Notes: generated from the sequence alone by a model not told the origin. Numbered from the whole stretch's first letter, positions 9,155-19,282 are shown. The stretch: 62,570 nucleotides of DNA, filler included, from a bacterium (GCA_024278215.1; 7 parts of 7 records of this genome joined end to end with filler, not necessarily neighbours in it); one strand, 5' to 3'. Numbers and translations are program-made.

Positions 9155-10564
9155 TTATCGAAAATCTTTCAAAAGCTGGAGGTAACCCCAGTCGGAATCG
9201 TCCGATGACGCGCCATTAATATTGTCAATAAAATCTCCTGTGAAGAATCGTGAATATCCTGCCTGGAACTTGTAACCCTTCGGGCAGGTGTACTTGAGAG
9301 TGAGATCGAGCTCGGAACCGACATCCGTGCCTGCCGCGCCGGTCGCGTCTGTCATGTTGGCCGCGCCGGACGCTTTGTACCATGAGTCGGTCGATTCGTC
9401 GAGTTTGAATTTGTGGTAGTCGAGTTGTGTCGACACGCCCCGGCCGAGGTCGCCGCCGATGCTGAGGCGCAGGTTTTTCATATTCTTCCAGCCCTGATAA
9501 TCTATGAAACCGTATTTGCCGTGGTTTGTCGGGTATAGCTGGTCGAATGTTTTGCTCTTCGTCGCATCGTCGTCGCCGGAAGCGAAGTTATATTCCGAAC
9601 CGATCCATAATTTGCTCGCGCCGGGAAACGCATACTTCATGCCGATGTGCCACGCAAGCGCGTCGTGATCCTGGCCGCCGGTGTCGCCGCTCTGGATGTC
9701 CACTTCCCAGTCGAGACTCAAGCCGTTATCGAAGTTGAGTTTTGTAATATTGCCGAATGTGTAGATTTTCGTTTTGTCGACGCCCGTCGCGTCGGCGTCC
9801 TTAAACAGAACATACAGTGACGGCTTGAGGATACGACTACTGCTCCAGTTGTAGACAAGCCCGTACAGATTGGTGTCGTCGGTCGCAGTTGTAGCGCCTT
9901 CGACAGCTTTAAGCGCGTAGATGTCGAACATGCCGGAAGCAGTGGGAGCCAGGAGCCGGACACCGTCGAACGCGCGACCGTTGTTGCTCCATCCGAAAGA
10001 GCCCACGAGGCGCTGACTGCCCAGCGTAACTTCCTGTCGACCTATGCGCAGCGTGCGGCCTTCGCCCAGCTCGACGAATCCCTGGTGGAGATCGACATTG
10101 TCAATTGAGCCTGCCGCGCCTGTGAGCAACTCACCGCCCCATATTCGAGTGTCCTGGAGTTGCACAAAGTAACGCGCTTCGGATGCTCTGCCGTCGATGT
10201 CGAGCCTGATGCGCTGACCTGTGAAATCATTGTGGTCCTGCGTCAGGTCGCTGAAGTCGGAGTTCGACTTGAATTCGCTTCTGAAACGTATCTGCGCCGA
10301 AAATTTCATCGGAGGCGGGGCGGGAACCCTGCGCTCCGCTGCCCTGGCTGCCCCTGCCGCTTTTTTGCAGGGCCGCTGTACGTCCGTCTGCGCTTTCGCG
10401 GCTGCTTCGGCCGCTACTTCTCTCGCTTCGTCTTCTGTGAGTATTCCCTTCTCGACAAGTATCCTTATCAAAACGTCATTATTACATCGAGATGGCGACG
10501 CTTCGATTCTGAAACCTGCAAAACCAAATAACATGATACAGATTAAGACAAAAACCTTTTTCAT
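9155..10564 (-). CDS. Alginate-export-family outer membrane beta-barrel porin
   Basis: ATG after GGAGGT; signal peptide; VQLQD, RIGRQE, RAFDG, GSELDL; C-terminal WGYLQL. Confidence 0.8.
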   Translation of the reverse strand: MKKVFVLICIMLFGFAGFRIEASPSRCNNDVLIRILVEKGILTEDEAREVAAEAAAKAQTDVQRPCKKAAGAARAAERRVPAPPPMKFSAQIRFRSEFKSNSDFSDLTQDHNDFTGQRIRLDIDGRASEARYFVQLQDTRIWGGELLTGAAGSIDNVDLHQGFVELGEGRTLRIGRQEVTLGSQRLVGSFGWSNNGRAFDGVRLLAPTASGMFDIYALKAVEGATTATDDTNLYGLVYNWSSSRILKPSLYVLFKDADATGVDKTKIYTFGNITKLNFDNGLSLDWEVDIQSGDTGGQDHDALAWHIGMKYAFPGASKLWIGSEYNFASGDDDATKSKTFDQLYPTNHGKYGFIDYQGWKNMKNLRLSIGGDLGRGVSTQLDYHKFKLDESTDSWYKASGAANMTDATGAAGTDVGSELDLTLKYTCPKGYKFQAGYSRFFTGDFIDNINGASSDDSDWGYLQLLKDFR

Positions 10565-10960
10565 TGCTACTACCTCCGGTAAATGATAACAGCTTAATAA
10601 TATATCTTCAGGATAACCGGCGGTTATATCTATGGTAATGCATTTGCCGGTATTAAATATCCTCAAAAACAGCTTGTGTTGTTCTGCGAATATAGTTGAT
10701 TCTTTTGGTCGATTGGGGCATTCTACCGTAAATAAAATTGTTTTGTCAATATGATTCACATTAAAAATAATTCATGTTCTTTCGAGATAATATACAATTC
10801 GCAGCAGCACAATGTTGCAATCGAGCCGTTGAGATATATAAAATAAAACTGGAGCGGTTGCTGCATCTGTTCTCGACCAAAAGAATCATTCCGCAGTCCG
10901 CTCCAGCTTCTTACACTTTCAGTTGTTTTTTACTCAGACATTCATTGCTCTGCCGATAAC

Positions 10961-12607
10961 TCATCCGGCGAGGCAAGCTTTCAGGTCCTCTTCTACTGTA
11001 CTTATCGGCGCGATGTTGAACTTCTCGACAAGGATATTCAGAGCGGCGGGAGTAACGAAAGCCGGCAGGCTGGGTCCGAGTTTGATGTTCTGTATGCCCA
11101 GGTGCAGCAGGCTGAGAAGGATAGCAACCGCCTTCTGCTCGTACCATGAAAGGATCATCGAAAGAGGAAGATCGTTGACGCCGCAATCGAAAGCGCCGGC
11201 GAGCGCGACTGCTATCTGGACAGCCGAGTAGGCATCGTTGCACTGGCCGCAATCGAGCAGGCGCGGGATGCCGCCGATGTCGCCGAATTCGAGTTTGTTG
11301 AAGCGATACTTACCGCAGGCAAGTGTCAGAATCACACAGTCGTCGGGCACTGCTTCGGCAAATTCCGTGTAGTAGTTGCGGCCCGGTTTCGCACCGTCGC
11401 AGCCTGCCACGAGGAAGAAATGCTTGATTGCGCCGCCCTTGACGGCTTCGATGACTTTGTCGGCCACGCCGAGCACCGCGTTGCGTGCGAAACCGATGGT
11501 GATCGTTTTGTCCGGGCCGTCTTCGGCGAAACCGTCCGCCGCCAGTGCGGCTTCGATCACAGGCGCGAAGTTCCTGTCGGAAATGTGCGTCACGCCGGGC
11601 CAGCCCACCAGTCCGCATGTGAAGATTCTCGCGTTATATGTCTCTCGCGGTTTCTGGATGCAGTTTGTCGTCATCAGGATCGCGCCGGGAAATGCTTCGA
11701 ATTCCTTTTTCTGGTTCTGCCACGCGCCGCCGTAGTTTCCGGCGAGGTGGCTGTATTTCTTCAGTTCGGGATATGCGAGCGCAGGAAGCATTTCTCCATG
11801 TGTGTATACGTTGATGCCTTTGCCTTCCGTCTGCTTCAGCAGTTCTTCGAGGTCTTTGAGATCGTGGCCGCTCACGAGTATCGCTTTGCCCTTCAGCGGC
11901 TCGATGCGCACCTGTGTCGGCTCGGGATGCCCGTAGGTGCCTGTGTTCGCCGCGTCGAGTATCTCCATCACCTTCAGGTTGACTTCCCCGCATTTCAGAC
12001 ATAAGCCGAGCAGTTCGTCAACCGTCGGATTTTCCTTCGTCAGGAAAGCAAGCGCCTCGTGCATAAACGCAAACACGCTTTCGTCTTCCTGTCCGAGAAT
12101 CTGCGCGTGGTCCGCATAGGCTGCGACACCTTTGAGCCCGTAGGTGAGGAGTTCCTGGAGACCGGTGATGTCTTCGCCCAGCGACTCCTTACGTTTTTCG
12201 ATGCCTACAGCCCTGCCCTGTTCCACCATGCCCTGGATGTCGGCGGCCGGTCTGCATGAATCGGGCCTGGCCGGAATCGCAGGTTCCTTACCCGCGCCTT
12301 TACAGGCGTCTTCATACAGCTTTTGCGCCCTGTCGGTCAGTTCGTCACATTTCAGGATCAGTCCCTTGAAACGCTCCGGATCGAAATTCACATTCGTCAG
12401 GGTCGAGAACAGTGCCTCGGCGATGAAAACATCTATCTCGTGGTCTTTCGCCCCGAGCTGCCGCGCTCCGTGCGCGTATGTCGCAAGGCCTTTCAGCCCG
12501 TGCACCAGCAGGTCCTGCATCTCGGCAGTGTCGCTGTTCTTGCCGCATACACCGACTTTCGTGCATCCGGTTCCTTTTGAAGTCTGTTCACATTGATAAC
12601 AAAACAT
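10961..12607 (-). CDS. hcp: Hybrid cluster protein (hydroxylamine/NO reductase)
   Basis: MFCYQCEQT...GCTKVGVCGK, SGHDL, THGEMLP, GCDG, GQCND, SWYEQKA. Confidence 0.98.
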   Translation of the reverse strand: MFCYQCEQTSKGTGCTKVGVCGKNSDTAEMQDLLVHGLKGLATYAHGARQLGAKDHEIDVFIAEALFSTLTNVNFDPERFKGLILKCDELTDRAQKLYEDACKGAGKEPAIPARPDSCRPAADIQGMVEQGRAVGIEKRKESLGEDITGLQELLTYGLKGVAAYADHAQILGQEDESVFAFMHEALAFLTKENPTVDELLGLCLKCGEVNLKVMEILDAANTGTYGHPEPTQVRIEPLKGKAILVSGHDLKDLEELLKQTEGKGINVYTHGEMLPALAYPELKKYSHLAGNYGGAWQNQKKEFEAFPGAILMTTNCIQKPRETYNARIFTCGLVGWPGVTHISDRNFAPVIEAALAADGFAEDGPDKTITIGFARNAVLGVADKVIEAVKGGAIKHFFLVAGCDGAKPGRNYYTEFAEAVPDDCVILTLACGKYRFNKLEFGDIGGIPRLLDCGQCNDAYSAVQIAVALAGAFDCGVNDLPLSMILSWYEQKAVAILLSLLHLGIQNIKLGPSLPAFVTPAALNILVEKFNIAPISTVEEDLKACLAG

Positions 12608-13375
12608 TTACTTTGCCTCCTCATCCTTTATATAAATTTTTTTTGCAATCTTTTTCCCGGTTTCCGTTCTGAACAATTTTTCGATTTTCTCGTTCAACTC
12701 CTGTGTACCGCGGCCCTCGAAGCGCTCGGGGATATTCACGATCAGGTCGGCATCCCATATCACTTTGAACTCGGGGGTTATCTCGCACCGCGCGCTGTGA
12801 TGGTTGCCCACGATATCGCACACGTCGTATATCGTCTCGGTGTCGAGTCCGACTTCTTTCATTATTCTTTTAGCAATATCGGGCCCCTCGATCTCCTGGT
12901 ACTTCGCGGAGTTCGAACCATGTTTTCGCTCGGCTTCCTGTATGCCGATGTCGTGAAGAATCGCGGCGGCCAGCACCACTTTCGGGTTGCCGCCTTCCTC
13001 TTTCATGATCTCCTCGGCATACTCGAGCACCGACAGCGCGTGCGTGATCCGCTTCTGGTCGTCGCCGAACTCGTTTTTCATCGCTGCTATCAATTCGTCC
13101 ACCTGGGTCTCACCACCCACAGTCGCGTTCTCCCGCATCTCCTTCGGATCGTAACCAAGGCACTCTTTCGCGTGCTCGCACCATTGGGCACACCCGAGAC
13201 TCAACTTCGGATTTTTTACAAGTGTACCGCAATGCCTGCACCTGCGCGTCGCGTCATCCTTGAAAAACTCGATCTCCCGCCCGCAGCCGGCGCATGTCAC
13301 ATCGTAGATGTCGCCGGGTTTCCAGAAAGCCGTATCCTGTCCCGGACATTTTGATTTTGTCGAATCTATTCCCAT
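12608..13375 (-). CDS. HD-domain phosphohydrolase with Cys-rich N-terminal metal-binding domain
   Basis: CPGQD, CAGC, CRHC, CAQWC; H...AAILHDIG...HH...DAD. Confidence 0.85.
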   Translation of the reverse strand: MGIDSTKSKCPGQDTAFWKPGDIYDVTCAGCGREIEFFKDDATRRCRHCGTLVKNPKLSLGCAQWCEHAKECLGYDPKEMRENATVGGETQVDELIAAMKNEFGDDQKRITHALSVLEYAEEIMKEEGGNPKVVLAAAILHDIGIQEAERKHGSNSAKYQEIEGPDIAKRIMKEVGLDTETIYDVCDIVGNHHSARCEITPEFKVIWDADLIVNIPERFEGRGTQELNEKIEKLFRTETGKKIAKKIYIKDEEAK

Positions 13376-13377
13376 GT

Positions 13378-14214
13378 TTACACCTCCCCGTTTCTACGGA
13401 TCCAGTAATCCGCAAACCTTTCTCCGTCTTCAGAATTTTCGATGAAGCCGTTAACAATCGAATCTATTTTGCCGATCAACTCTTCCGGTGTCGCCGCGCT
13501 GCCCGCGACTTCCGCCAGATGCGGGTGGCGGCCAAGCTTGCCGCCCGTCAGGATGCGCACACGCGGCCCGGAAAGACTTATGCAGCCGTTCGGACATATA
13601 TCCCGACACGCTATGCAGCCCCGGCAGGCCGACAGGTCGAATACAGGCGGCCCGCCCTCCACTGTTATCGCTTCGTCAGGACACTCGTCCCCGCAGGCCC
13701 CGCACGTCATACAGTCCGCGGGGTCGACATCCGGCTCCACGTATCCCACTATCCCGAAATCCGCTATCTGCGGCCTCGAACATCCGTTGGGACACCCGGA
13801 TATCGAAATCTTCAGCTTATGGTGATACAAAATCTTATCGCCGCGGACCCTTTCCCGAAGTTTCTCACTCACCCCGGATTCCGCGATCCAGTCCTCTATC
13901 GCTTTTCTCCATTCAGTCGTTTTTATCAAAACATTCGGGCAGCCGCTCAGTTCGTTGTGGCATGATTCAACAACCACCATCCCGACTCCCGGCACATTGT
14001 CCATCGGCACCATTCTTTTTAGTTCATCGTCGGATTTATTACCGGCGACGGCTCTGAAACGAGCTTCTGCTTCCCTGAAATCTTCAATGGTTACACGGTC
14101 GCGCCCGCTTTTGCGCACCCGCTCGCCGACTTTCCTGCGCACCATGCCGCGAACAAAAAACGGCACTTTCGTCAGCGCTTTCTCAGCTTGTTTTTCCCAT
14201 AATATTTCAGGCAT
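13378..14214 (-). CDS. Nitrite/sulfite-reductase-like 4Fe-4S protein with N-terminal PCP_red-like domain
   Basis: W...KVPFFVR; CHNELSGCPN; SISGCPNGCS; two CxxCxxCxxxCP motifs; GGKLGRHP. Confidence 0.8.
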   Translation of the reverse strand: MPEILWEKQAEKALTKVPFFVRGMVRRKVGERVRKSGRDRVTIEDFREAEARFRAVAGNKSDDELKRMVPMDNVPGVGMVVVESCHNELSGCPNVLIKTTEWRKAIEDWIAESGVSEKLRERVRGDKILYHHKLKISISGCPNGCSRPQIADFGIVGYVEPDVDPADCMTCGACGDECPDEAITVEGGPPVFDLSACRGCIACRDICPNGCISLSGPRVRILTGGKLGRHPHLAEVAGSAATPEELIGKIDSIVNGFIENSEDGERFADYWIRRNGEV

Positions 14215-14253
14215 ATTTCAGATGTTCTCCCATAATGTTATGTAAATGTTCCG

Positions 14254-14997
14254 TCAGGCGATCTTTCCTTCACTCAGCACTTCGCCCTTTGGACTTATAA
14301 CCATTTCCCTCAAAGGAAGTTCCACACCGGCGCGCTGCACCGCCTGCTCCGCCGCATGTACGAATCCGCGGCAGCACGGAACCTGCATACGCACTACAGT
14401 TATTGACTTCAGACCTGCAAACTTCACCAGTTCGGCGAGCCTTTCGATGTGCGCTTCGAGATCGTCCAGCTTCGGACATCCCATTGCCACAGCTTTGCCC
14501 GGCAGAAGCCCCCTGTGCAATTCGGGATATGACGCGCCCGCGCAGTCCGCCAGCAGAAGCAGGTCCGCGCCTTTCAGGAACGGCATATCCGGCCCCAGAA
14601 GTTGCAACTTTATCGGCCAGTGCCCCAGGCCGGATGCTATCTCGCCTTCCTGCTCCGTGCAGCCGCAGGAGTCTTCATTCTTCAATGTCATCGCCGCCGT
14701 TCCGGGACAACCACAGGCCAGGGGCTCAGCTTCCACCGCCTTTTTTGCTTCTTCGAGCCTCTTCGCGCGCTCCATCGCTACTTCCTCGTCGAACTCGTCC
14801 GCTTCACGCTCGATCACCGTCAGCGCACCCTCCGGGCAACTACCCAGACACGCCCCGAGCCCGTCACAATACACGTCGCCTACCAGCTTAGCCTTGCCGT
14901 CCACAATCTCCAGCGCACTCTCGGCGCAGTCGATAATACACAGCCCGCAACCCGTGCATTTCTCTTCGTCTATCTCAATTATTTTTCTTGTCGCCAT
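14254..14997 (-). CDS. 4Fe-4S ferredoxin-domain protein (hcp-associated type)
   Basis: CTGCGLCIIDC, CDGLGACLGSCP, GCPG, HWPIKL, GCPKLD, VPCC. Start moved to MATRK. Confidence 0.88.
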   Translation of the reverse strand: MATRKIIEIDEEKCTGCGLCIIDCAESALEIVDGKAKLVGDVYCDGLGACLGSCPEGALTVIEREADEFDEEVAMERAKRLEEAKKAVEAEPLACGCPGTAAMTLKNEDSCGCTEQEGEIASGLGHWPIKLQLLGPDMPFLKGADLLLLADCAGASYPELHRGLLPGKAVAMGCPKLDDLEAHIERLAELVKFAGLKSITVVRMQVPCCRGFVHAAEQAVQRAGVELPLREMVISPKGEVLSEGKIA

Positions 14998-15049
14998 AAA
15001 TTCAGCCTCCAAAATATATATTTTCAACACATTTTTCCTCGTGATCCTG

Positions 15050-15490
15050 TCACGCTTTTTCCGCTGCCTGAAAGTCGGCGAAAACATACGAAATCTGCGA
15101 AAGAGCCGTATTGCTCAGGTTATCCCTCACCTTATCATCCACACTTGTAAGCAAATCCCCCAGAATGCAGTTGCCCGGCGCGCATATCTTTTTCTTCAGA
15201 AGGCATTTTGTTGTCTCAAGTTTTCCCTCGATCGCCTCGAAAATATCCAGAAGCGTAATGTCTTCCGGCTCCCCGGCAAGCGTGACACCACCCCTGGGCC
15301 CCCTGACGGACTCCGCCAGCCCCGCCTTCACCAGCCGCTGCACAACCTTGCTTAGATGGTTGTCGGAAACATTCAGAATACTTGCCATTTCCCTTGTGGA
15401 AACAGGATCAGCGCTTTTCTGCGCCGCAAGAAAAGCCATCGAATGCATCGCCAGAGAAGCCGCTTCGGATATGTTGATAACATTTGCCAA
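15050..15490 (-). CDS. Rrf2-family transcriptional regulator with three Cys (probably Fe-S binding)
   Basis: ISEAASLAMH, SVRGPRGG, ITLLDIFEAIEG, CLL...C...C. Confidence 0.93.
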   Translation of the reverse strand: MANVINISEAASLAMHSMAFLAAQKSADPVSTREMASILNVSDNHLSKVVQRLVKAGLAESVRGPRGGVTLAGEPEDITLLDIFEAIEGKLETTKCLLKKKICAPGNCILGDLLTSVDDKVRDNLSNTALSQISYVFADFQAAEKA

Positions 15491-15515
15491 TTGTCGTCTC
15501 CTTACCTCTTTATTG

Positions 15516-15535
15516 GTATTCTGGTACCAGTATAC
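15516..15535. promoter_or_regulatory. Candidate Rrf2 operator palindrome
   Basis: GTAT-T-CTGGTACCAG-T-ATAC, a 20-bp palindrome with one mismatched pair, about 25 bp upstream of the Rrf2 start. Confidence 0.45.
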
Positions 15536-15707
15536 TCCTTATTGACCACTCTGTCAAGATGATTTTGAAAATAAAATACACTGTACGGAAAGAATGCTCG
15601 AACCGGCACCATGTTTTTCTTTCGGACGCACCCTACACATGCGTTTCGACTCATAGGGAACAAAAATACCTTATTATTTCTCGTGCCATTTCCGTGTTGA
15701 CTCGAAG

Positions 15708-17258
15708 CTATATTATCGTGCAGGCTGTTATTTCCTGCGACAATCCTTTTAACCGGTGAGAGCCGCATTTTATATGGTGGGTATCCTGATCATATAGGCG
15801 TTTGTGGTGTGCGTGTGTAATGAGGATACTGTCTTTATCCGCCTTCACTTCCAGTCTCGCGGCAGTGATGACAGGTATGCCTATGCTTGTGAATATCATA
15901 CGTTCATCATTGCGAAACACACCTGACCTGACAACTCCTGACGCGATGCCGATCCTTACGTGCAGATGTTTATCTTCAGAAGTGTTTGTATTATGTTTTC
16001 TGAACTCACTGATTATTTCCCTTGCTGCATTCACCGAATGCTGCGGATGCTGCACTACTTCAGATTCCGCAAGTGTTTGCAGGCCGAACACAACCATTGC
16101 TCCGTCACCCATGAACTTATCTACATATCCAGAATACTTCGGGACAACAGCAGTAACGATTTTTGAAAAAGCTTCCACATATTCCTTTGCCTCATCAGGG
16201 CTCATTGATGATATGCGCATAGTTGAATCCACAATATCAATGAACATAATTGACAGGTCCCTGTCCCTGGCTTCCTCGAGCCCCATGGCTATCCTTTCTC
16301 CAAGGCATGCAGTTCCGTATGTCATCTCACGCAGTTTATCAAATTCAAGTTCTTTCAAATATTGATCATGAATATCGAACAACTGTCCCTGAATACTCTC
16401 TCCGTCGAAAGCAATAGCTCCGCCCCACACATGCCAGCGGATACTTCCATTTATATTGAGTTCAATATTTCTTGTGTTTCTGAATGTAGTGGAATCGTCC
16501 CGTCCCGATACTGTCAATTTCTCATGGAACGCATCTGTTTCTTCTTTTTCGACTCCGAAATGATACAGCGCATCTCTTATGCTTCCGAAATCCGACGTCT
16601 GTAATAGTCGTTTAAATGCGCCGCCAATGAAGAGGATCGTCCCGTCTCGCTTCGCGCGATACATCAACGGCACTGCATCATTGATAAATTCCGTCATTGA
16701 AATCTGCTCGGTTATGTCGCAGCCGGAAACCAAAATCGTTTTTTCGTCATCGAATGCACGAAACACATAACGCAATACGATATCTCCGGTATTCTTAATC
16801 GCCGTAAATACTTCTCCCGCCTCAAACAGGTTCTTTATTTCATCCGGATATCCATCCGGAAGCATCCTGTACGCATCGTCCGAATCAAGCCCCAGGAGAG
16901 AAAGGTATTCACCCGCAGTCGGATTCATATATATTACACGTCCTGTTTCATCCAGTTTCATCACAATTTCGGGATTAGCTCTTGGAAACCTGAAAAGGCT
17001 CCTTTGCTCTCTTCGCGCCACCATTCGGCGGCTGATGCTCGTTACAATAAATGGTATGAGGAATGGAATCAGAAAACGACCGGCCGCATGGGGGGGAGCT
17101 TTCGCCCAGTCTTCGATCAGCCCGGAGAAGTAGCTTAAGTTTAATATCAGCTGTTCTTCCATATAAAAAAACAAATGGATCGACGAACCTATCAATATTG
17201 AAGCAAGCCAGGGCTTCCCGAAAACATATTCTAACAGATGCCATTCACTCTTTTTCAT
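15708..17258 (-). CDS. Membrane-bound class III adenylate/guanylate cyclase with PAS-like region
   Basis: Two TM segments; MFIDIVDST, VDKFMGDGAMVVFG, RIGIASG, AARLE. Confidence 0.88.
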   Translation of the reverse strand: MKKSEWHLLEYVFGKPWLASILIGSSIHLFFYMEEQLILNLSYFSGLIEDWAKAPPHAAGRFLIPFLIPFIVTSISRRMVARREQRSLFRFPRANPEIVMKLDETGRVIYMNPTAGEYLSLLGLDSDDAYRMLPDGYPDEIKNLFEAGEVFTAIKNTGDIVLRYVFRAFDDEKTILVSGCDITEQISMTEFINDAVPLMYRAKRDGTILFIGGAFKRLLQTSDFGSIRDALYHFGVEKEETDAFHEKLTVSGRDDSTTFRNTRNIELNINGSIRWHVWGGAIAFDGESIQGQLFDIHDQYLKELEFDKLREMTYGTACLGERIAMGLEEARDRDLSIMFIDIVDSTMRISSMSPDEAKEYVEAFSKIVTAVVPKYSGYVDKFMGDGAMVVFGLQTLAESEVVQHPQHSVNAAREIISEFRKHNTNTSEDKHLHVRIGIASGVVRSGVFRNDERMIFTSIGIPVITAARLEVKADKDSILITHAHHKRLYDQDTHHIKCGSHRLKGLSQEITACTII

Positions 17259-17442
17259 AGAGCCCGCCTTTTTTACCTTGATATTGTCTTGTGATTTCTG
17301 CCCGATGTGAGCATATTATCTATATCCAATACCGTTTACTTAAGCTTGTCATTCCGGGCCGAGCCCTGGAATCAAGGAGTCAGAATGTCAGGGGTGGCTT
17401 ATGGGATGGTATGGTTTTGTGCTTAAAAGACCGGTATTGACT

Positions 17443-18117
17443 CTATCTCACATCGTCATACAACTTCTTAATTCTATCGGCAGACATTCCCAGACGATAT
17501 AAAATCATACACAACAACATAGTGAGATAGGTTTTTACAACTCCCTTTTCAACAAACCTCCGAGCGGAAACAATCGCAACGGAATTCAGAAATATGATTC
17601 TTCCCCGTTTCTTAAGGTTCCTTGTAAACTCAACTTCCTCCATCAGTGGAATATCAGGGAATCCGCCAATCTCATCGAACACGTTTTTTCTTACAAAGAT
17701 GCCCTGGTCTCCAGCGATAATCCCGAATAAATGGAAGTTGGTATATGTGTAAAAACCCGCTGGCCGCAACAAGAGATTCCTGTTGTCATAGCATCTCCTG
17801 AAAGTCCCGCCCACAATATTGCAGTCTTGCAGAGATTCACATATTTCAGATATTGCATCCTCTGGAATTATGGTATCGGCGTGTAGAAATAACAGCGTGT
17901 TGCCGGAAGCAGCCCGTGCTCCCTCGTTCATCTGTATTCCCCTGCCCTTCGGGCTGCTTATCGTTCCGGCGAATGCAGACGCGATTTCAACGGTTTTGTC
18001 AACACTTCCCCCATCAGCAACAATAATTTCACATTCCCCCTTCATTCGAGACAGGCGGGCGAGAGCTTCACCTATTATTTCCTCTTCATTCAGCGTTGGT
18101 ATTATTATTGAAACCAT
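17443..18117 (-). CDS. Family 2 glycosyltransferase, TIGR04283-like (rSAM/selenodomain- or arsenosugar-associated)
   Basis: SIIIPTLNEE, DGGSVD, GRGIQMNEGA, LFLHADT, GDQGIF, PLMEE, SARRF. Confidence 0.88.
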   Translation of the reverse strand: MVSIIIPTLNEEEIIGEALARLSRMKGECEIIVADGGSVDKTVEIASAFAGTISSPKGRGIQMNEGARAASGNTLLFLHADTIIPEDAISEICESLQDCNIVGGTFRRCYDNRNLLLRPAGFYTYTNFHLFGIIAGDQGIFVRKNVFDEIGGFPDIPLMEEVEFTRNLKKRGRIIFLNSVAIVSARRFVEKGVVKTYLTMLLCMILYRLGMSADRIKKLYDDVR

Positions 18118-18797
18118 TAACCTATATCTCGCTTTTTAGCTATCCTTTTTACAGCAATGGGAATCATCATGACGCCTAATAAAAGAAGTAGCGGCACCGC
18201 AAATTCTTTCGACAGAATATCACTTAATGATGTTATGTTTGAAATTGAATTGCCGAAGTTTGCAAAAGCGAATGTCGCCGGAATTATCGGAATCATAGTT
18301 GCAATAAGATGGTCACGGAATGAAATATTACTCAATCCTGCTGCATAACTTAACGGATCAAATGGAGCAAAAAAACGCAGGTAAAAAACAATATTAAACC
18401 CCTCGCGGTCCATGAGTTCCTCGAACTTGTGAAGTTTCCCTTTCAAGATTTTCTGCACGTATACACGGCCCATATACCTTGCGATAATGAAAGCAAGAAT
18501 GGCGCTTAGTATGGCACCGATATAGTTATAAAGGCCACCGGGCCATGTCCCGAACGCCAGACCTCCGGCAAGGGAAAACACGCTGGATGGGAACAGCACA
18601 AGAGGACGCAGTGTGTAGAGCGTGATAAAAACAATAGGTGCCAGAACCCCGAATGCTATTATCCTGTCCCTGATTGATTCCGGCGAAAAAGACCTGATGT
18701 CATAATGCACCGAAACAAAAATAGCTGCCGCCACGGCAAAAAGTATAAATGCAAGTTTCCATTTGTTTGATTTACCTTCGGTTGCCAGATTCGTCAT
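18117..18797 (-). CDS. TVP38/TMEM64 (DedA/SNARE-associated) membrane protein
   Basis: Multiple TM helices; FPSSVFSLAGGLAFG, LRFFAPFDPLSYAAGL. Confidence 0.88.
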   Translation of the reverse strand: MTNLATEGKSNKWKLAFILFAVAAAIFVSVHYDIRSFSPESIRDRIIAFGVLAPIVFITLYTLRPLVLFPSSVFSLAGGLAFGTWPGGLYNYIGAILSAILAFIIARYMGRVYVQKILKGKLHKFEELMDREGFNIVFYLRFFAPFDPLSYAAGLSNISFRDHLIATMIPIIPATFAFANFGNSISNITSLSDILSKEFAVPLLLLLGVMMIPIAVKRIAKKRDIG

Positions 18798-18803
18798 GTC
18801 CGG

Positions 18804-19282
18804 CTACTCCTCACCATCCTCAGTATGTTCATCATCGAATTCTGGTTTGAATGGCCATATTTTATTTTTGAGGTTCTTCATGCCTTAAGCAAGCGTATCA
18901 ACAAAATACAAGTCTGCCGCTTTTCGTATACCCATTGTGAAAGTGGGATAGGCATGTATCAGACCTGACAGTTTGTAGACGGGAATCCTGTGCTTCATCG
19001 CAAGGCAGATTTCCGACATCATATCCCCTGCGCGGGAGGCGACTATTGTGGCCCCAAGTATTTTCCCGGACCATTTGAATGTGACTATTTCGATAAATCC
19101 TGCTTTCTCACTTTCGGTTATTGCCCGGTCAAGATCGGATAACTCGTATCGGTATGTGTGGACTTTGGCAGAGCCGTATCTTTCCTCCGCTTCCTTCTTG
19201 AGCATTCCCACATGTGCAATTTCCGGGTCCAGGAAAGTTGTCCATGGCACAACACTGTAATCCATCTTCGACTTAATATATG
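18804..19282 (-). pseudogene. C-terminal dimerisation domain of a MerA/dihydrolipoamide dehydrogenase-like flavoprotein, cut by a MITE
   Basis: VPWTTFLDPEIAHVG, ILGATIV, IHAYPT. The 5' side abuts the MITE TIR at 19283. A TAA at 18885-18887 is followed by 26 more open codons to TAG at 18804. Confidence 0.7.

Noticed and set aside
7174-9208. Long + strand ORFs (388 and 446 aa) and similar antisense ORFs throughout the window
   Set aside because: Shadow frames opposite well-supported genes in GC-rich codon usage, with no motifs.
10795-10830. Possible very degenerate MITE end
   Set aside because: Short, gapped similarity that cannot be told from chance without alignment statistics.
17348-17372. 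REP-like hairpin GTCATTCCGGGCCGAGCCCTGGAATC
   Set aside because: Only one copy seen in the window.
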